Counted from the stretch's first letter, positions 35,570 through 47,455 are shown. The stretch: 64,000 bases of DNA from Actinomycetota bacterium (GCA_041917435.1 JAYRXR010000207.1:1-64000), one strand, 5' to 3'. A program made the numbers and translations. The notes: generated by a model not told the origin, from the letters alone.

Positions 35570-35580
35570 GAGTTCTCTTT

Positions 35581-35657
35581 GAACACAAAGGCACAAAGGC
35601 ACGAAGACACGAAGTTTTTCTTTCTTTGTGTCTTTGTGCCTTCGTGTCTTTGTGTTC
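35581..35657. repeat. STR-armed hairpin (cacaaag/cacgaag family)
   Basis: gaacacaaaggcacaaaggcacgaagacacgaag-tttttctttc-tttgtgtctttgtgccttcgtgtctttgtgttc. Confidence 0.5.
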
Positions 35658-35663
35658 CCTTCT

Positions 35664-37640
35664 TTACTTTGCAAACTCCCGGAAACGCCCTAAAGCCATC
35701 AGCGGGAAGTAGTTCCGGTAAAAGTGGTAGTTCATGTAGAAGTGGTTCGGGAAGCCCGTGCCGGTGTATTCCGGCTCGGTCCAGCTTCCGTCGTCGTTCT
35801 GCGTGGTCACGAGGTATTCGATGCCGCGCCGCACGCATTCCGACTTCCCTTCGCCGCCCGCAATCAGGCCGAGAATCGCCCACGCGGTCTGTGACGCGGT
35901 GCTTTTGCCCTGTCCCATCAGGTTCCGGTTGCCGTAGCTCAGGCAGGTTTCGCCCCAGCCGCCGTCTTCGTTCTGGCAGGAATTGAGCCACTGGGTCGCG
36001 TGCATGATGTACGCCTCGCGCGGGTCGAGGCCGAGCGCGACGAGGCCGCAGATGACCATGTGCGTGCCGTAGATGTAATTGACGCCCCAGCGTCCCCACC
36101 AGCAGCCCTCGTGTTCCTGCTTCTGGCGGATGAACGCCACCGCCCGGTCGATTTTCTCCTTCGGCGCGGGGTAATCCGTCACCCCGAGCATTTCAAGAAC
36201 ATGCCCGGTCAGGTCGGCGGTCGGCGGGTCGATCATCGCCTTCAAATCGCCGTACGGAATCTCATTGAGGATTTCCATGTCGTTATCGACATCGAACGCG
36301 CCCCAGCCGCCGCCCTTGCACTGCATCGACAGCACCCACTCGGTCGCGGCCTTCAACCGGCGCTGCTTGTCTTCCTCGTTTTTCAACTTTAGCCGATGGA
36401 GCGCCATGATGACGACGCTCGTGTCGTCGGTGTCGGGGAAGAAATCGTTCCAGAATTCGAACGCCCAGCCGCCCTGCGGTCCGGTCTTGTTTTTGAACTT
36501 CCAGTCGCCGTCGCGGAAAATCTGCTTTTCAATCAGCCATTCGCCCGCCCGGACGAGCGCCGGGTGGTCGGGGGCCATCCCCGAATCGAGCATGGCGAGA
36601 ATCATCAGGCCGGTGTCCCACACGGGCGAGACGCAGGGCTGGGTGTGAAAATCCTCGTCGGTCTCGATGCAGAACTTGTCCACCGCGTCGAGGCCCTTTT
36701 TCATGATCGGATGGTCCGGCTGGTAGCCCCGGCAGTGCAGCCCGAGCAGCGAATTGAGCATGGCCGGGATGATGCCGCCCCAGTCGCCGCTTTCGTCCTG
36801 ATGCTCGATGGTCCACTTTTCGGCGAGCGCGAGGGCTTCTTCCCGGCGCGGCGAAAAGTTGTATTTCTCCATCAGTTTCAATGTTTTATCGACACCGATG
36901 AAGGCCCCGCCGAGGGAAAACGTCCCCGCCGGATTGGGGATCGCGAGCTTGGCGTTGTCGCGCCCTTCGACGTAAAGCTCGTCAACGTGGCCGTTCGGGA
37001 CCTTCGTCACGGGCTTTTTGTCGCAGACGATGAGCAGCGGCACCGTCGAACTCCGCGCCCAGCTCGCCAGTTCGTAAATCGTGAACGGAAACCAGTCCGG
37101 CAGCAGCATGATCCACGGCGGCATGGTCGGGCAGCCTTCCCACGGGAACGCGCCGAACAGGGCGAGGTGGATCTTCGTGAAAATGCGCGACTTGGTGACG
37201 CCGCCTTTCGCCAGAATGAATTCCCGCGCCTTCTTCATGTGCGGGTCGTCGGGCGAATCGCCGAGAATTTTCAACGCGAAATAGGCTTCGATGCTGGTCG
37301 AAAGCTCGCCGCCGTCGCCGAAAAACAGTTCCCATCCGCCGTGTTCGCGCTGTTCCTTCCGCAAATAGGTCCGGATTTTCGCCATCTGCGTGACGCGCGA
37401 GCCGTCGGTGCCGAGAATCTTGTGCAAAAAGACGTACTCGGCGGTCAGCGTGACGTTGGCTTCGAGTTCGGCCCACCAGTAGCCCTCGGGATACTGCTTG
37501 CCGAGCAGGTAATTCTGGGAACGTTCGATGGTCGCTTCGACGGATTCCTTCGAATAGGGGGCCGGGCGAACGGAACGAACGCCGAGCGGAACACGCGATT
37601 CCACGGCCGGCATCGGGTACACATCTTTAAAACTGGTCAT
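35664..37640 (-). CDS. shc: squalene-hopene cyclase
   Basis: GAGGAAG RBS with start at ATG 37638-37640. Multiple QW motifs (QxxxGxW), the catalytic DTDDTSVV (DxDDTA) motif and a ~660-aa length support the call. Confidence 0.85.
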   Translation of the reverse strand: MTSFKDVYPMPAVESRVPLGVRSVRPAPYSKESVEATIERSQNYLLGKQYPEGYWWAELEANVTLTAEYVFLHKILGTDGSRVTQMAKIRTYLRKEQREHGGWELFFGDGGELSTSIEAYFALKILGDSPDDPHMKKAREFILAKGGVTKSRIFTKIHLALFGAFPWEGCPTMPPWIMLLPDWFPFTIYELASWARSSTVPLLIVCDKKPVTKVPNGHVDELYVEGRDNAKLAIPNPAGTFSLGGAFIGVDKTLKLMEKYNFSPRREEALALAEKWTIEHQDESGDWGGIIPAMLNSLLGLHCRGYQPDHPIMKKGLDAVDKFCIETDEDFHTQPCVSPVWDTGLMILAMLDSGMAPDHPALVRAGEWLIEKQIFRDGDWKFKNKTGPQGGWAFEFWNDFFPDTDDTSVVIMALHRLKLKNEEDKQRRLKAATEWVLSMQCKGGGWGAFDVDNDMEILNEIPYGDLKAMIDPPTADLTGHVLEMLGVTDYPAPKEKIDRAVAFIRQKQEHEGCWWGRWGVNYIYGTHMVICGLVALGLDPREAYIMHATQWLNSCQNEDGGWGETCLSYGNRNLMGQGKSTASQTAWAILGLIAGGEGKSECVRRGIEYLVTTQNDDGSWTEPEYTGTGFPNHFYMNYHFYRNYFPLMALGRFREFAK

Positions 37641-37723
37641 CCGAGAAAAACTTCCTCTGTAAAACTCTTCCGAAGTGGACGAATCCGCCAAAATAGCGAA
37701 TCGCCATCCAAAGCGACAATGCC

Positions 37724-37872
37724 AAAGGATGAAGGATGAGGGATGAAGGATGAAAAATCGTTTTGAATGTTGAGTTTGGGCGAAATAAGGAATTTTTCCG
37801 AATTCCGAAAAACTCATAATTCATCACTCAAAACTTTCCTTCATCCTTCATCCTTCCGCCTTCATCCTTTCA
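37724..37872. repeat. STR-armed hairpin (ggatgaa family) with nested palindrome
   Basis: aaaggatgaaggatgagggatgaaggatgaaaaa ... ccttcatccttcatccttccgccttcatcctttc. The loop contains tttttccgaattccgaaaaa. Confidence 0.5.
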
Positions 37873-38895
37873 ACGTCGGTGGTTGTCGATTTTCGCCAGG
37901 GAGCCGCCGAAGGCGAATTTAAGGACGTTTTCGGCGTTCAGAAAACGGTTTGGGAAGCCCGGTTCAATGGCGCTGATGTCGTCGAGACGGGCGATCTGCT
38001 CGGCGGTGAGGGTGAATTCGAGGCTGGCGAGGTTGTCCTTCAACTGGTCGAGTTTCGTCGCACCGATGATCGGAATCACCGTCTGGGGACGCTGCCTCAG
38101 CCAGTTGATCGCCACCTGCGCCGGTGAGCGTCCGATTTCGGTGGCGATTTCAACCACCACGGCGGCGATGTTGCGGTCGCGTTCCTGCGTGTTTTTCAGG
38201 CGGCCCGGCGCGGGCGCGCCTTCGGTAACGTTGTTGTACTTCCCGGTCAGTACGCCGCCGCCGAGCGGACTCCACGCCGTCACGCCGATGTCGAAGTGCT
38301 TCGCCATCGGAATCAGGTCGCGCTCGACGGTGCGTTCACGCAGCGAGTATTCGATTTGAAGTCCGACGAAGGGCGTCCAGCCGCGCAGTTCGGCGACCGT
38401 GTTGGCGTGGGCGACGATCCACGCGGGGGTGTCGGAAATTCCGGCGTAAAGAATTTTTCCCTGCCGGACGAGGTCATCGAACGCCCGCATGAGTTCGTCC
38501 ACCGGCGTGGTGAAATCCCAGATGTGCAGCCAGAGCAGGTCGATGTAATCGGTTCCGAGCCGTTTCAGGCTGGCTTCCACCGCCTGGACCATGTTTTTGC
38601 GGTGGTTGCCGCTCAGGTTCGGGTCGCCGTTGCCCATATCGAGCGAATACTTGGTGGCGACCACCCACCGGTCGCGGTCATCGGCGATGAATTCCCCGAC
38701 GAATTTCTCGCTCGTGCCCTTCGTGTAGAAGTTGGCGGTGTCGATGAAATTCCCGCCCGCCTCGGCGTAGGCGTCGAAAATCTTCCGGCTTTCCTTCTTC
38801 GAAGCGCCCCATTCCCAGTCCTTGCCGAAGCCCATCGCGCCGAAACAGATTTCCGAGACGCGAAGGCCCGATTTTCCGAGCAGTTTGTAACGCAT
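37870..38895 (-). CDS. aldo/keto reductase
   Basis: Start at ATG 38893-38895 (MRYKLLGKSGLRVSEICFGAMGFG...), with the AKR catalytic tetrad context. Confidence 0.75.
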   Translation of the reverse strand: MRYKLLGKSGLRVSEICFGAMGFGKDWEWGASKKESRKIFDAYAEAGGNFIDTANFYTKGTSEKFVGEFIADDRDRWVVATKYSLDMGNGDPNLSGNHRKNMVQAVEASLKRLGTDYIDLLWLHIWDFTTPVDELMRAFDDLVRQGKILYAGISDTPAWIVAHANTVAELRGWTPFVGLQIEYSLRERTVERDLIPMAKHFDIGVTAWSPLGGGVLTGKYNNVTEGAPAPGRLKNTQERDRNIAAVVVEIATEIGRSPAQVAINWLRQRPQTVIPIIGATKLDQLKDNLASLEFTLTAEQIARLDDISAIEPGFPNRFLNAENVLKFAFGGSLAKIDNHRR

Positions 38896-39052
38896 GCGTG
38901 GTTGTCCTTGGTGAAGGTTGCGCCCCCGCGGGCGAAGCCGGGTTTTACTCGAAAGCGAAATCGCCGGAAACGAAAATTCCCTGCTTTTTTCCCGGTTCCG
39001 CGATGTACATTGGTGACAGGAAGCATCACTCCCCCGAAGGAGGTCACCCACC

Positions 39053-39979
39053 ATGCTTACCGACGCCAAAATCGCCAAAGTTCTCATCGCCACGGACGGA
39101 TCTCACGCCAGTTTCGGAGCGGTCGCCGACCTCGTTTACGCCGGTCTTCCCGACAAGGTCGAATGCGTCGTCATTGCCGTTGCCGACCAGCCGATTCCGA
39201 TTCCCCGGAGCTTCGGCATGGTCGATACCAACTTCACGGAAGTGACCGACAATCACCTGCAATCGCCCCGTTTCTGGGCGAGGAGCGCCGGCGACATCGT
39301 GCGCCATCATTTCCCTGACTGGACGGTGACGGAGGAAATCCGCATCGGCTCGGTCGCCAGGGAAATCATCAAGTACGCCGACGATTGGAAGCCGGACCTG
39401 ATCGTCATCGGGTCGCATGGCCGTTCCGCGCTCGGAAGACTTTTCTTTGGAAGTATTTCCCAGAAGATCGTGACCGAGGCGCATGGCTCGGTCCGTGTCG
39501 GACGCCGTCGCGTCCACATCCCGACCCAGCCCATCCGGATCATCGTCGCGGTGGATGACACGCCGCAGTCGAAATCCGGGCTGGCAACGGTGATGAACCG
39601 CAATTTCCCGGCGGGCACGGAAGTGAAACTGGTGACGGCCACGGGGGTGTTCGATTACTACGCCACCGACATGTTCGGCGGCGTGAACGCCGTGCCGTAC
39701 GAAACGGTCGCCGAACTCCGCAAGACGGCGGTCGGCGAGGCGCAGAAGATTCAGGCGGAAGCTCTCGAACCGTTTGCCGACTCGAAATTGAACGTGTCGT
39801 GCGAGGTGTTTGAAGGCGACCCCAAGACGGTCCTCTTGACCGAGGCCGAGCGTTGGCAGGCTGACGCCATCGTGCTCGGCTCGCGGGGGCTGAGCGGCAT
39901 GGACCGATTCCTCCTCGGCAGTGTGTCGGCGGCGGTGGTCGCCCGCGCGCACTGTTCGGTCGAAATCATCCGCTCATAG
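39053..39979 (+). CDS. tandem universal stress protein (UspA) domain protein
   Basis: GAAGGAGG RBS. Two Usp domains are present, each ending in a G-x-G-x(9)-GS motif. Confidence 0.7.
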   Translation: MLTDAKIAKVLIATDGSHASFGAVADLVYAGLPDKVECVVIAVADQPIPIPRSFGMVDTNFTEVTDNHLQSPRFWARSAGDIVRHHFPDWTVTEEIRIGSVAREIIKYADDWKPDLIVIGSHGRSALGRLFFGSISQKIVTEAHGSVRVGRRRVHIPTQPIRIIVAVDDTPQSKSGLATVMNRNFPAGTEVKLVTATGVFDYYATDMFGGVNAVPYETVAELRKTAVGEAQKIQAEALEPFADSKLNVSCEVFEGDPKTVLLTEAERWQADAIVLGSRGLSGMDRFLLGSVSAAVVARAHCSVEIIRS

Positions 39980-40049
39980 GTCACTCACGGCCCGCGCGGG
40001 GCCGACCTGCTGAAACGAACCGGGCGCGGAGTCTCAGACCTCGCGCCCG

Positions 40050-40390
40050 GTTTTCGTTTTGAACCCTGATGTCTGGACACTTTTCAAGAACTGCGTGTTT
40101 CGTACGTCTTCATCGGTTTTCGTCCCGTAGGGACGGTTGAAAATAGCCCGCCGTTTTAACGGCGGGAACGCGCAGGGCCACGCCCCAAAGTCCCAAAGGG
40201 ACGACAGATGGAGGCGGATTCTGATTCTCGGCCGTCCCTCCGGGACTCTCAATCTCTTGCCACGCTTGTCCCACCGTTAAAACGGTGGGCTATTTTCGAC
40301 CGTCCCTTCGGGACGAAGACAATTTCGACCTTTATTTGCGGGATATTTTTGAAAAGTGTCCCGACTTCAGTTTTGAACCTTAAAAAGCCG
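40050..40390. repeat. composite inverted-repeat element (MITE-like or structured RNA) with four GTCCC-N3-GGGAC palindromes
   Basis: A ~50-bp module (40108-40160) recurs inverted at 40263-40318. Palindromes sit at ~40119, 40190, 40233 and 40301. gttttgaacc ends occur at 40057 and 40370. Confidence 0.45.
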
Positions 40391-40392
40391 TT

Positions 40393-41094
40393 TTACCCCC
40401 CTTCCCCGGAACATGCCCTGCGAAGTGCCGCGCGGGCGAGCAGCCGGGTGGAATCGAGGGTCGGAATCGGCGAGTTGGAATCGTCCAGGATGAGCGGAAT
40501 TTCGGTACAGCCGAGAATGACCGCGTCGCAGCCCGCAACCTTCATTTTTTCAATGACTTCGCGGAAGTATTCGACGCTTTCCGGCTTGAATACGCCCTCG
40601 ACCAGTTCGGTCATGATGATTCGATTGATTTCATCGCGTTCGGCGGGGGCGGGCCGGAGCCATTCAATGCCCCGGCTGTTCAGCTTTTCCGGATACACAT
40701 CGCTTTCAACCAGCCATTTCGTACCGGTCAGCCCGAGTTTTCGAAACCCGCGCCGGGCAGCCTCGTCCGTGACGACTTCCGCGATATGAAGAAACGGGAG
40801 CGGCGACCGGGAGGCAACCGGTTCAAACGCCTGATGGATGGTGTTGTCGGGACAAATCAGGAAATCGGCCCCGGCGCGCGCCAGTTTTTCCGCCGAGGAC
40901 AACATCAGCCCGGCGACGCCGTCCAGATCGCCACGTTCAAGAAAGGCTTCGTATTCGGCGAGCGAATGGGAATGGAGGGAAATTTCCGGGTGTCCGTGCG
41001 GGCCGAAATGTTCGGCCCCCTCGGCGCAGATGGTCCGGTAGCAGAGCGCCGCGCCTTCCGCGGAGCAGGCGATGATGCCGATGTGAAGCGCCAT
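40393..41094 (-). CDS. aspartate/glutamate racemase-family protein
   Basis: Asp/Glu racemase two-Cys pattern (IGIIAC..., AGCDAVILGCTEIP). The start could be ATG 41094 or 41100. Confidence 0.65.
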   Translation of the reverse strand: MALHIGIIACSAEGAALCYRTICAEGAEHFGPHGHPEISLHSHSLAEYEAFLERGDLDGVAGLMLSSAEKLARAGADFLICPDNTIHQAFEPVASRSPLPFLHIAEVVTDEAARRGFRKLGLTGTKWLVESDVYPEKLNSRGIEWLRPAPAERDEINRIIMTELVEGVFKPESVEYFREVIEKMKVAGCDAVILGCTEIPLILDDSNSPIPTLDSTRLLARAALRRACSGEGG

Positions 41095-41096
41095 AG

Positions 41097-42557
41097 TCAT
41101 TCAATCGAGCTGAATTTCAGGTTCGGGTCCTCGATGACGCCCTTTCGAAGCACCTTGACGTCGGCGAAGTAGTTCCACCCCATCGTCCAGGGGTAGGCGT
41201 CGCCCTGTCGCGGCAGGGTTGAAATCGACCGCTGGACATACCCCGCGCTGAAATCCAGAAACGGACGGGTCGGCATGGCCGGATCCGCTTGCGGCACGCA
41301 GATATCGACCTTTTTGGCGTCCATGTAGTCGAGCAGGCGGCAGAAATGCTCGCACAGCAGCCCGACCTTGAGCGTCCAGGACGACGCGGTGTAGCCGATG
41401 GCCAGCGCGTAGTTCGGCACGCCGCTCAACATCATTCCCCGGAAGGATACCCGCTCGTGAATCCGGACCGGTTCGCCGTCCACTTCAAGGCCGATTCCGC
41501 CCAACGGAAGCAGGTTCAACCCCGTCGCGGTAACAATGATGTCGGCGTCGAGTGTCGTGCCCGATTCCAGTTCGATGCCGGTTTCGGTGAAGGTCCGGAT
41601 GCGATCCGTCACCACGGACGCCGTTCCCCGCTTGATGGCGTTGAACAGATCGCCGCCGGGCACGGCGCACAGCCGCTGGTCCCACGGGCCGTAGGTCGGA
41701 TTGAAATGCACGTCCACCGGATACCCCGGCGGCAGCATTCTGGCGTTGACGTAGCGGATGAACGCGCGGGCCAGTCCGGGAAATTTCTGGCAGAACTGGT
41801 ACACCAGCCGCTGGCGCAGGATGTTTTTGTTCCGGGTAAAACCGTGCGCCAGCTTGCCGCCGAGCAACCGGCGCAATCGGGACGCCCACGGGTCATGTTC
41901 GGGGACCGGCAGCACGTAGGTCGGCGTTCGCTGCAACATCACGACGTGCGCGGCCTTTTCGGCCATCGCCGGAACGAGCGTGACGGCGGTCGCCCCGCTG
42001 CCGATGACGACGACGCGCTTGCCCGCGTAGTCGAGGTCTTCCGGCCAGAGCTGCGGATGGATGACGGGACCGGTGAACCGTTCGCGGCCCTTGAATTCGG
42101 GCGTAAAACCCTTGTCGTAGCGATAGTAACCCGTCGCCGAGAAAATCCACTTCGCCTCGAACTCGACGGTTTCGCCCGTGTCGCTCCGCTCCGCCGTCAC
42201 GCGCCAGCGGGCGGTTTTCGAGGACCATTTCGCGCTCGATACCCGGTGGCGGTAGCGGATATGGCGGTCGATGCCGTTTTCACCGGCGGTTTCAACGAGA
42301 TACGCCTTGATGGACGGCCCGTCGGCAATCGAGACGGTGCTGTCCCACGGCTTGAAGTCGTAGCCGAAGGTGAACAGGTCGGAATCCGACCGGATGCCTG
42401 GGTAACGAAACAGGTCCCACGTCCCGCCGAGGTCATCGCGCGATTCGAGGATGACGAACCGCGTTCCCTTCCGGCTTCGCGTCAGGTGACAGGCCGCGCC
42501 GATTCCCGAAATACCGGCGCCGATAATCAGAACGTCCACCGAATTTTCCGGCTGCAT
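41097..42557 (-). CDS. flavin-containing/Baeyer-Villiger-type monooxygenase
   Basis: FAD GxGxxG (IIGAGISG), the FMO motif FRYPGIRSD, and an NADP GxGxxA/G (VVVIGSGATA). Confidence 0.7.
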   Translation of the reverse strand: MQPENSVDVLIIGAGISGIGAACHLTRSRKGTRFVILESRDDLGGTWDLFRYPGIRSDSDLFTFGYDFKPWDSTVSIADGPSIKAYLVETAGENGIDRHIRYRHRVSSAKWSSKTARWRVTAERSDTGETVEFEAKWIFSATGYYRYDKGFTPEFKGRERFTGPVIHPQLWPEDLDYAGKRVVVIGSGATAVTLVPAMAEKAAHVVMLQRTPTYVLPVPEHDPWASRLRRLLGGKLAHGFTRNKNILRQRLVYQFCQKFPGLARAFIRYVNARMLPPGYPVDVHFNPTYGPWDQRLCAVPGGDLFNAIKRGTASVVTDRIRTFTETGIELESGTTLDADIIVTATGLNLLPLGGIGLEVDGEPVRIHERVSFRGMMLSGVPNYALAIGYTASSWTLKVGLLCEHFCRLLDYMDAKKVDICVPQADPAMPTRPFLDFSAGYVQRSISTLPRQGDAYPWTMGWNYFADVKVLRKGVIEDPNLKFSSIE

Positions 42558-42679
42558 GGGCTGTGGATCTCCAATGAAAGTTCAAAAAGGCATTTTGAAC
42601 CGCCACCGGACTTCGCGCCAAATGAAAAGTCGGCGGGACATTTCATGATTTCGCCTTCATCAGACTTCGAAACGGCAAC

Positions 42680-42900
42680 CGAAACGTTTTCCGCGACGCG
42701 AAATACCTTTTCTTCGTCAAAAGTACCTCTGGAACGACAGAAAATACCTTTCCGGCGTGAAGGAAAAGGTTTTCTTCGACGGAAAAAACGTTTTCCGCGT
42801 GGAGAAATACCTTTTCCTCATTGAAAAAACCCTGGGAACGCCGGGAAATACCTTTTCCCCGTCGTTCCGAAACAATTTCCCGCCGGAAAAACGAAAAGGG
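42680..42900. repeat. degenerate ~20-21-bp tandem array (~11 copies) in promoter region of monooxygenase gene
   Basis: Units of the form gaaaWWNSYTTTYC(N6-8). The core gaaataccttttc lies at ~42704, 42754, 42809 and 42849. Confidence 0.5.
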
Positions 42901-42957
42901 ACGCGACCGGAACACTCCGGTTTCATCCCTCATCCTTCCGCCTTCATCCTTTTCCGC

Positions 42958-43701
42958 CTAGGTCACCGTTCCGCCGTCCACGATGATCATTTCGCCGTTC
43001 ATGTAGCTGTTTCGCTCGGAAACCAGAAACGCGGCGAGTTCGGCGAGTTCCTCGGGCCGTCCGAGGCGACCGACGGAGCAGACCATCTCGTACATTTCAC
43101 GGAATTTGTCGGGCAGCGTATGACCGAGATCGGTGTCGAAGATGCCCGCCGCGATGCCGTTCACCAGCACGCCGAAGGGCGCGCCCTCGCGCGACAGCAT
43201 TTTCGTGAATCCGACCACCGCCGACTTGGTCGTGGCGTAGTGAACGCTCGTCGGGACGGTCCGGATGCCGCCGATGGAGCTGATGTTGAGAATCCGACCG
43301 TACCGATGGCGGACCATGTTCTTGAAAATCGGCTTGGTGACGTTGAAGAGGCCGTTGAGGTTGGTGTTGACGACTTCGTCCCACGCCCGGTCGGTCATGG
43401 TCAGAAACACGTCGCCCCGGTTGATGGCGGCGTTGTTGACGAGAATGTCGATCCGGCCGTACTTCTTGGTAATCTCGGCGACAATCTTTTTCAGACCGGG
43501 CCGGTCGGTGACCGAAACCTGATAGCCGTCAGCCCGACGCCCGTGCGCCCGGATGGCCTGAATCACTTCCTCGGCGGCGGCGGCGTTGCTGTTGTAATTG
43601 AAGACGACATCCGCGCCCTCGCGCGCGAAAACCTCGCAGATGCCGCGTCCGATGCCGCGTGAACCGCCGGTCACGAAGGCGACTTTACCGTCCAGAAGCA
43701 T
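42958..43701 (-). CDS. SDR-family oxidoreductase (FabG-like)
   Basis: TGGSRGIG, NNAA and the YxxxK motif are present. Confidence 0.8.
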   Translation of the reverse strand: MLLDGKVAFVTGGSRGIGRGICEVFAREGADVVFNYNSNAAAAEEVIQAIRAHGRRADGYQVSVTDRPGLKKIVAEITKKYGRIDILVNNAAINRGDVFLTMTDRAWDEVVNTNLNGLFNVTKPIFKNMVRHRYGRILNISSIGGIRTVPTSVHYATTKSAVVGFTKMLSREGAPFGVLVNGIAAGIFDTDLGHTLPDKFREMYEMVCSVGRLGRPEELAELAAFLVSERNSYMNGEMIIVDGGTVT

Positions 43702-43788
43702 TGTTGGTTGAACTCCAGCGAATTTCCGAACCCGCGCGATTTCCGAGGTTCTGGAGAAAGAACTTCAAAAAGAAAGGGCGACTTCGGT

Positions 43789-44937
43789 TTAGCTTTGCGC
43801 GGGGACCAGCGCGGAAATCTCATTGACGATGCGCTGCGTCGCGTCGGGAACGCCGAGATCGGCGGCGGCGGCGCGCATGTCGCTGACCATCGCGGGCGAT
43901 TCGAGCATCCGGCGGACGAGCGGAACGATGTCGTCCACCCGGCGCAGCATCACGCCGGCGTTGTGTTCCTCGATGAGGGCGGCGGTGCCGGCTTCCTGCG
44001 GCATCGGCGGCGTGACGGCGTCGCCGATGATCGGCAGTTTCGTCGCGAGGGCCTCGAAGGTGGTCAGTCCGCCGAGTTTCGACACCATCACGTCGGAAGC
44101 GCGCATCAGGCGTTCCATCTGATTCGAGTACCCGATGACGGTGACGGGGAAACTGGCGCGCGAGGCGATCCAGCGGGCCTGCTCTTCCAGTTTTTTGTTG
44201 CGTCCGGCGAGAAAGACGAGCTGAAGGTCGAGGTCCGCCTGGGCGAGCGTGTGGTAGATCTTCGGAATGTTGCCGCCGCCGACCCAGCCGGCGTTGACGA
44301 ACAGGGTGAACTTTTCGGGGTCGAGGCCGAAGTCGCGCCGGATGATGAGCGGATCCTCGTTGTTTACTTCCTGAAACTTCGGATGGATCGGCATTCCGAT
44401 GATGCGGATCCGGTCTTCCGGCACGCCGTAGGAGAGCATTTCCTCCTTCGAGCGTTCGTGGGCCACGATGTAGAGGTCCACCTGTTCGTCGCTCCAGGCG
44501 TTCCACGAATTTCCGCACGGGTCGGTGACGACCGTCACGAGCGGGATTTTTCCCGTCAGATTCAGGTCCCGCAGCAGCCGCGAGAGGTAAAACTGAAGCA
44601 TCGGATGGACCGACACGACGACGTTCGGGCAATGCTTGTCGAAAAGCTGCTCGAAATAGGGCTTGGCGTACCGCTGGACGACGGCCCACTGCTCCGGGTG
44701 ATAGCGGTTGATGAAGTTGTGGTAGTGGCGAACGTACTTCTGACGCGAGCGGAGCAGAAAATTGTAGAGGTTCCCGGCGGCGCGGGTGACAGTCCCCGCT
44801 TCTTCCATCGCATGGGCCGTGTGGACGAGGAAATTGACCCCTTCCGCGACGCGCCCCAGCCCGGCTTCCAACGCACGGGCCGCGCTGGTGTGACCGCCGC
44901 CAGTGTCCGAAGTGAGAATGAGAATTTTTTTCTGCAC
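43789..44937 (-). CDS. MGDG-synthase-like GT28 glycosyltransferase
   Basis: The N-terminal ILILTSDTGGGHTSAARAL matches the MGDG_synth domain, followed by a C-terminal GT28 domain. Confidence 0.65.
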   Translation of the reverse strand: MQKKILILTSDTGGGHTSAARALEAGLGRVAEGVNFLVHTAHAMEEAGTVTRAAGNLYNFLLRSRQKYVRHYHNFINRYHPEQWAVVQRYAKPYFEQLFDKHCPNVVVSVHPMLQFYLSRLLRDLNLTGKIPLVTVVTDPCGNSWNAWSDEQVDLYIVAHERSKEEMLSYGVPEDRIRIIGMPIHPKFQEVNNEDPLIIRRDFGLDPEKFTLFVNAGWVGGGNIPKIYHTLAQADLDLQLVFLAGRNKKLEEQARWIASRASFPVTVIGYSNQMERLMRASDVMVSKLGGLTTFEALATKLPIIGDAVTPPMPQEAGTAALIEEHNAGVMLRRVDDIVPLVRRMLESPAMVSDMRAAAADLGVPDATQRIVNEISALVPAQS

Positions 44938-45065
44938 GATGCGCCGCCCGAGAACCCGATTTCAAAAAAACAGGAAAACCGAAGAATCTCGGCAACATAG
45001 CAGCCGACGCGGAGCGCCGACAAGCCGAAATGGTGTTTCCTTCAGCGTTTTTCCATTTGAACAGT

Positions 45066-45458
45066 CTACTTTGCGTCGCCGCAAACCGCCACGCATTCGA
45101 TTTCGACCCGGACGTCTTTCGGAAGTCTGGCAACTTCGACGGTCGAGCGGGCGGGCGGGTTTTCCTTGAAGAACGTGCCGTAGACCTCGTTCATCGCCTG
45201 GAACTCGTTCATATCCTTGAGGAAAACGGTGGTTTTGACGACCGAGGCGAGCGACGCGCCCGCCGCTTCCAGCACGGCGGAAAGGTTTTTCAGGACGCGG
45301 TCGGTCTGGACGGCCACGTCGCCCTCGACGAGCGTCATCGTCGCCGGGTCGAGCGGAATCTGGCCCGACGTGTAGACGATGTTGCCGAGCTTGATGGCCT
45401 GCGAGTACGGCCCGATGGCCGCCGGGGCGTGTTCGGTATGAATGACGGTGCGAGACAT
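45066..45458 (-). CDS. RidA/YjgF-family protein
   Basis: Start at ATG 45456-45458. Contains AIGPYSQA...VKTTVFL and C-terminal E.E..A. Confidence 0.7.
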   Translation of the reverse strand: MSRTVIHTEHAPAAIGPYSQAIKLGNIVYTSGQIPLDPATMTLVEGDVAVQTDRVLKNLSAVLEAAGASLASVVKTTVFLKDMNEFQAMNEVYGTFFKENPPARSTVEVARLPKDVRVEIECVAVCGDAK

Positions 45459-45480
45459 GAGGGGGAAACTCCAAATTTTA

Positions 45481-47455
<1,975 letters not shown>

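Noticed and set aside
40034-40789. Two ORFs (40034..40252 minus, 40208..40789 plus) with near-identical PPLKRxAIFxRPxGTKT peptides
   Set aside because: The similarity is the reflection of the inverted 50-bp DNA module. The ORFs run through structured repeat DNA.
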